The notes below the pieces were generated by a model that did not search any database, was not told where the DNA came from, and was given only the letters and a program-made list of their open reading frames with translations. 64,000 bases of DNA. Origin: an uncultured Sphingorhabdus sp. GTDB taxonomy: Bacteria; Pseudomonadota; Alphaproteobacteria; Sphingomonadales; Sphingomonadaceae. Both the position numbers and the translations under genes were made by a program. Location: positions 54,946 to 118,945 of the forward strand of contig CANMXN010000003.1 of the NCBI GenBank assembly GCA_947501885.1, in the 5' to 3' direction. Shown here piece after piece: positions 60,378 to 64,000 of this stretch (position 1 is its first letter; every line of letters begins with the position of its first letter).

Positions 60378-60976
60378 TGATGGAGATTGTAAGCAATTTT
60401 ATGAACAGTGTTCATCTTGAGTCTGTCGCCAAAAGCACCACTCGCAACCGTAATAACACTCGTTACCCCACCGCCACTCGTAACCGCACCACTCTCCGTC
60501 ACGGCACTGCCACTTGTAACCGCAGCACTCTTCGTCGCCCCACCACCGTTCGTCACGCCGCCGCTACACGTCATTCTACCACCACTCGTCACCCTGAATT
60601 TATTTCAGGGTCTATTAGTGCTGGTAAGATACTGAACCAAGTTCAGCATGACGAAGGTGTTATACTGAAACAAGTTCAGCATGACGAATGCGGTGAAATC
60701 ATGTATGATTTAGTGAACACCGTTCGTCCTGAGCCTGTCGAAGGACAAGGTAGTGTGGTTCATGCTTCGACAAGCTCAGCACGAACGGCAAAGCTACTAG
60801 ATCAAAAGAGGTTCACCGATCTTGTCGAAGGACAGGTGATGCGCTCTTATCATGATTCACTCGGCGTGATACTGAAACAAGTTCAGCATGACGAAGATGT
60901 TATACTGAACCAAGTTCCGCATGACAGTAATCGATTGCCGAACCAAGTCCCACATGACGGGGGTGACAGGTCATGA
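60377..60976 (+). CDS. Repeat-derived 199-aa ORF filling the glyQ-glyS gap (coding status uncertain)
   Basis: ATG overlaps the glyQ stop (TGATG), TGA overlaps the glyS start (ATGA), no internal stop; built largely from repeats. Confidence 0.45.
   Translation: MMEIVSNFMNSVHLESVAKSTTRNRNNTRYPTATRNRTTLRHGTATCNRSTLRRPTTVRHAAATRHSTTTRHPEFISGSISAGKILNQVQHDEGVILKQVQHDECGEIMYDLVNTVRPEPVEGQGSVVHASTSSARTAKLLDQKRFTDLVEGQVMRSYHDSLGVILKQVQHDEDVILNQVPHDSNRLPNQVPHDGGDRS
60439..60600. repeat. Degenerate 18-bp tandem array, 9 units
   Basis: Units begin at 60439, 60457, 60475, 60493, 60511, 60529, 60547, 60565 and 60583; consensus about CACTCGTCACC-n7. Confidence 0.85.
60587..60959. repeat. Palindromic repeat family B (CGTC-tagged): one left arm and five right arms
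   Basis: Left CGTCACCCTGAATTTATTTCAGGGTC at 60587-60612; right arms like GATACTGAAMCAAGTTCAGCATGACG at 60628, 60661, 60868, 60901 and 60934. Confidence 0.85.
60720..60788. repeat. Palindromic repeat family A, copy 1
   Basis: CCGTTCGTCCTGAGCCTGTCGAAGG...CTTCGACAAGCTCAGCACGAACGG; decayed half-copy at 60811-60835. Confidence 0.9.
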
Positions 60977-63417
60977 GCGATTTTCTACTCGAATTACGAT
61001 GCGAAGAAATCCCCGCCCGCATGCAGGCCAAGGCCCGCGCCGATTTGGAGAAATTATTCACAGCCCAGCTTAAAGATGCTGGATTAGAAGTCCAAAGCAT
61101 CACCACTTATAGCACGCCGCGCCGTTTAGCATTGATAGCGCGCGGTCTGCCCAAGCAAACCGAAGCCGTGCGCGAAGAACGCAAAGGCCCAGCAGCAAAT
61201 GCGCCCGAACAAGCGCTAGCAGGATTCTTACGCAGTACAGGATTAAAGCGCGAAGATTTGGTGGAACGCGACGTCAAAGGCAAAGCGGTATTGTTCGCAA
61301 TCATCGAAAAACCAGGTCAACCCACGACGGATATATTGTCGGCTGCTATACCCGCGATTATAGCGGCATTCCCATGGCCCAAGTCACAGCGTTGGGGCGA
61401 GGCTAGCATTAGCAGTGAGAGTTTACGTTGGGTGCGGCCTTTGTCGAGTATCATTGCATTATTCGATGGCGAAGTGGTTGATTGCGAAGTGCATGGAATT
61501 GCTTCTGGCCGTACCACTATGGGCCATCGTTTTATGGCGAATAGTGCCGTTCGTGCTGAGCCTGTCGAAGCACGGGAAACCAGCTCTAGCACCCTTCGAC
61601 AAGCTCAGGGCGAACGGACTTCTAACACCGCGATAAGCATCGAAACGGTTGATGAATATCTGCCCAAATTGCGCGCCGCTCATGTGATAGTTGATCATGA
61701 AGAACGGCAAAATATTGTGCGAGATGGTGCAGCAAAAGCGGCTAGCGATGCAGGGCTATCTCTTGTCGAAGACGAAGGCCTAGTGATTGAAAATGCAGGT
61801 CTGACCGAATGGCCCGTGCCGCTGTTGGGCCGTTTTGACGAGGCTTTTTTGGATGTTCCCGAAGAGGTTATTCAGCTTACCACGCGCATTAATCAGAAAT
61901 ATTTTGTTGCCAGAGAGAAACAGGGCGATAGTGGTGGTAAATTGACCAACGCCTTTGTCTGTACCGCGAACATACATGCGATTGACGGCGGCAGCGCGAT
62001 TGTCGCGGGCAATGAAAAAGTATTGGCGGCGCGACTGGGCGATGCGAAATTCTTTTGGGAATTGGATCAGAAAACGCTGCTTAAAGAGCATGCCGAAAAA
62101 TTATCGAATATCGTGTTTCATGAAAAGCTTGGAACGGTGGCTGATAAGGTGGAACGCGTTGCGAAATTGGCGCGCTGGCTCTGCGAAGAAGGCATTGTTA
62201 AGCCTATCGCCAAAAACACCGTTCGTCCTGAGCCTGTCGAAGGACAGGGTGTTCATACTTCGACAAGCTCAGCACGAACGGCTGAAGAACTTGCTGATCT
62301 CGCCGAGCAAGCAGCGCGCTTATGCAAGGCTGATTTGGTCACCGAAATGGTGGGTGAATTTCCCGAATTACAAGGGCTCATGGGCGGATATTATGCCGCC
62401 AAAGAAGGATTACCAATCGAAGTATCCGAAGCAATCCGCGACCATTATAAACCCGTGGGCCAAAACGATGATGTACCGACAGATCCCGTCACCGTTGCAG
62501 TGTCGCTGGCTGATAAGTTGGATACGTTGGTAAGTTTTTTCTGGGAAGAAATGATGCCCACTGGATCGAAAGACCCCTTCGCACTCAGAAGAGCCACTAT
62601 TGGCATTATCGAATTAATTACAGCAAACAATCTCAGGATTAGAATGAATTTAGCTTGTGCGCAGACATTCCTTCCGTTGGCAAACAGAGACGCAATAGCA
62701 ATCTTCAATGAAGGTGCAATATCGCGAGTCCAAGAGATATCAAAACCACAATATGATCCAATAAGCGGCATATTTACTGTTATTAACCAAGACAGTCTTA
62801 AAGGATTGAATAAGGAAGTTTGGGATCAGCTAAATGAAAAGAATAAAGCCATCAGAACTAAGCTTAACGTCTTCTTCGCTGACCGTCTCAAGGTTCAGCA
62901 AAAAGAGGCTGGTGTTCGTCATGATTTGATTGATGCTGTGTTTGCGCTTGGCCAAGAAACAAATGAGCGCGAGGATGATTTGGTCCGTTTGCTGGCTCGC
63001 GTTCATGCTTTGCAGGATTTTGTCACCACCGATGATGGTGTGAATTTATTGGCGGGCTATAAACGCGCATCGAATATCCTCAAAAAAGAAGCACCAGATA
63101 CGCTTGATAACAGCAATGATATGAACAATAGCGAAATTGTTATTTTTGAAGCACCATCGGATGAACCCGATCAATCCACGGCTTTGCAAAATGCCTTAAA
63201 CGCAGCCGAGCCAAAGGCAGCCGAAGCCATTGAAAGCGAAGATTTCGAAGGCGCGATGAGCGCGCTGGCATCGCTGCGCACGCCCATCGATGCATTTTTC
63301 GACAATGTCATGGTCAATGATGAAGATGCAGCAAAGAAAAAATATAGATTAGGATTATTATCACGTTTCCGTGATGCTGTGCATCGCGTTGCTGATTTTT
63401 CCAAAATAGAAGGTTGA
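60973..63417 (+). CDS. glyS: Glycine--tRNA ligase beta subunit, with in-frame insertions
   Basis: LLELRCEEIP, TPRRL, WVRPL, GNEKVLAARL.DA.FF, EFPELQG, GSKDPFALRR, FFDNVMVN. Confidence 0.97.
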   Translation: MSDFLLELRCEEIPARMQAKARADLEKLFTAQLKDAGLEVQSITTYSTPRRLALIARGLPKQTEAVREERKGPAANAPEQALAGFLRSTGLKREDLVERDVKGKAVLFAIIEKPGQPTTDILSAAIPAIIAAFPWPKSQRWGEASISSESLRWVRPLSSIIALFDGEVVDCEVHGIASGRTTMGHRFMANSAVRAEPVEARETSSSTLRQAQGERTSNTAISIETVDEYLPKLRAAHVIVDHEERQNIVRDGAAKAASDAGLSLVEDEGLVIENAGLTEWPVPLLGRFDEAFLDVPEEVIQLTTRINQKYFVAREKQGDSGGKLTNAFVCTANIHAIDGGSAIVAGNEKVLAARLGDAKFFWELDQKTLLKEHAEKLSNIVFHEKLGTVADKVERVAKLARWLCEEGIVKPIAKNTVRPEPVEGQGVHTSTSSARTAEELADLAEQAARLCKADLVTEMVGEFPELQGLMGGYYAAKEGLPIEVSEAIRDHYKPVGQNDDVPTDPVTVAVSLADKLDTLVSFFWEEMMPTGSKDPFALRRATIGIIELITANNLRIRMNLACAQTFLPLANRDAIAIFNEGAISRVQEISKPQYDPISGIFTVINQDSLKGLNKEVWDQLNEKNKAIRTKLNVFFADRLKVQQKEAGVRHDLIDAVFALGQETNEREDDLVRLLARVHALQDFVTTDDGVNLLAGYKRASNILKKEAPDTLDNSNDMNNSEIVIFEAPSDEPDQSTALQNALNAAEPKAAEAIESEDFEGAMSALASLRTPIDAFFDNVMVNDEDAAKKKYRLGLLSRFRDAVHRVADFSKIEG
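61547..61617. repeat. Palindromic repeat family A, copy 2, inside glyS
   Basis: CCGTTCGTGCTGAGCCTGTCGAAGC...CTTCGACAAGCTCAGGGCGAACGG; read as VRAEPVEARETSSSTLRQAQGER. Confidence 0.92.
62219..62281. repeat. Palindromic repeat family A, copy 3, inside glyS
   Basis: CCGTTCGTCCTGAGCCTGTCGAAGGACAGGGTGTTCATACTTCGACAAGCTCAGCACGAACGG; read as VRPEPVEGQGVHTSTSSART. Confidence 0.92.
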
Positions 63418-63521
63418 TAAGTTTTTTATTAGAACAGACGTATTACCATAATCACATGAAGTTAGTTTATAATGATGTTTCTCCCCAAGAAATACCATCA
63501 TCAATATGAGGGCTAAGAAAG

Positions 63522-64000
63522 ATGACCCAGAATAAACACTATGTATTTCGATTTGGCGGCGGCGTGGCCGAAGGCAATGCGGGCGATAAAAACCTGCTTG
63601 GCGGTAAAGGTGCGAACCTAGCCGAAATGGCGAGCATTGGTTTGCCAGTGCCTCCTGGATTTACGGTCAGCACCGAAATGTGCACCCGCTATTATGATGA
63701 TGGCGAGGTCTATCCCGATAGCCTACGCGAAGAAATTGCCAATGGCATTGCCCATATTGAAAAAATTACGGGCAAAAGCTTTGGTGATACCTCTGATCCG
63801 CTGCTGGTTTCGGTGCGCTCTGGTGCGCGCGTTTCTATGCCGGGTATGATGGACACCGTGCTGAATTTGGGCTTGAATGATGAAACCGTGGCTGGCCTTG
63901 CTCAGACGTCGGGCGATGATCGCTTTGCATGGGATAGTTATCGCCGCTTTGTCCAAATGTATGCCGATGTGGTGCTAGGTGTCGATCATGGATTATTCGA
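63522..64000 (+). CDS. ppdK: Pyruvate, phosphate dikinase (5' part, runs off the window)
   Basis: Translated by hand: [14 protein letters not shown]...[13 protein letters not shown]...GLPVPPGFT...[25 protein letters not shown]. Confidence 0.96.
   Translation, partial: MTQNKHYVFRFGGGVAEGNAGDKNLLGGKGANLAEMASIGLPVPPGFTVSTEMCTRYYDDGEVYPDSLREEIANGIAHIEKITGKSFGDTSDPLLVSVRSGARVSMPGMMDTVLNLGLNDETVAGLAQTSGDDRFAWDSYRRFVQMYADVVLGVDHGLF

Noticed and set aside
60275-60592. 105-aa minus-strand Gly/Val/Thr repeat ORF
   Set aside because: Simply the reverse reading of the 18-bp array, overlapping glyQ antisense, with no expression signals seen
60439-60959. CRISPR array interpretation of the 18-bp and 33-bp periodic repeats
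   Set aside because: Units are degenerate, intervening sequences are about 7 nt rather than spacer-sized, and no cas gene is in the window
61771-61781. CTTGTCGAAG match to family-A core in glyS
   Set aside because: Only 10 nt, no partner arm, encodes ordinary LVEDEG sequence
61955-62533. 192-aa alternative-frame ORF inside glyS
   Set aside because: No RBS or motif; explained by codon bias of the host gene

Overview
A 64-kb chromosomal segment of a low-GC alphaproteobacterium. Gene order and protein sequences point to Sphingomonadales (inference from glyQ-glyS-ppdK, mreBCD-mrdA-rodA, aat/DUF2155/NDUFA12/DUF192/csp, and rplY-pth-ychF with TraB/GumN neighbours). Most of it is housekeeping: glmS (partial), alternative oxidase, argD-argF-hslO, a cobalamin-riboswitch-controlled btuB-F-C-D uptake operon, carD, rsh/spoT, recX-like, a fatty acyl-AMP ligase, two c-di-GMP enzymes, hemB, an M23 peptidase with a CtrA box, the rod-shape operon, mutL, ychF, pth, rplY, glyQ, glyS and ppdK (partial). 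I saw no rRNA, tRNA, CRISPR, cas gene or transposase. The most striking signal is at 60.4-62.3 kb, where two families of palindromic REP/RPE-like repeats have colonised the glyQS operon. They build a stop-free 199-codon ORF that overlaps both the glyQ stop (TGATG) and the glyS start (ATGA), with every repeat offset a multiple of 3. Two further copies sit in frame inside glyS itself. Other items of note: a probable MmgR/suhB-type sRNA, a 337-nt convergent aat/DUF2155 overlap, a methyltransferase-Mrr-like fusion with an AT-rich swapped-looking target-recognition segment, a small CTG-start zinc-finger-like ORF missed by the ORF track, a Tat-signal SDR, and an XRE-regulated membrane-protein operon among three TraB/GumN paralogs. 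All annotations come from motif recognition by eye; no searches were run.
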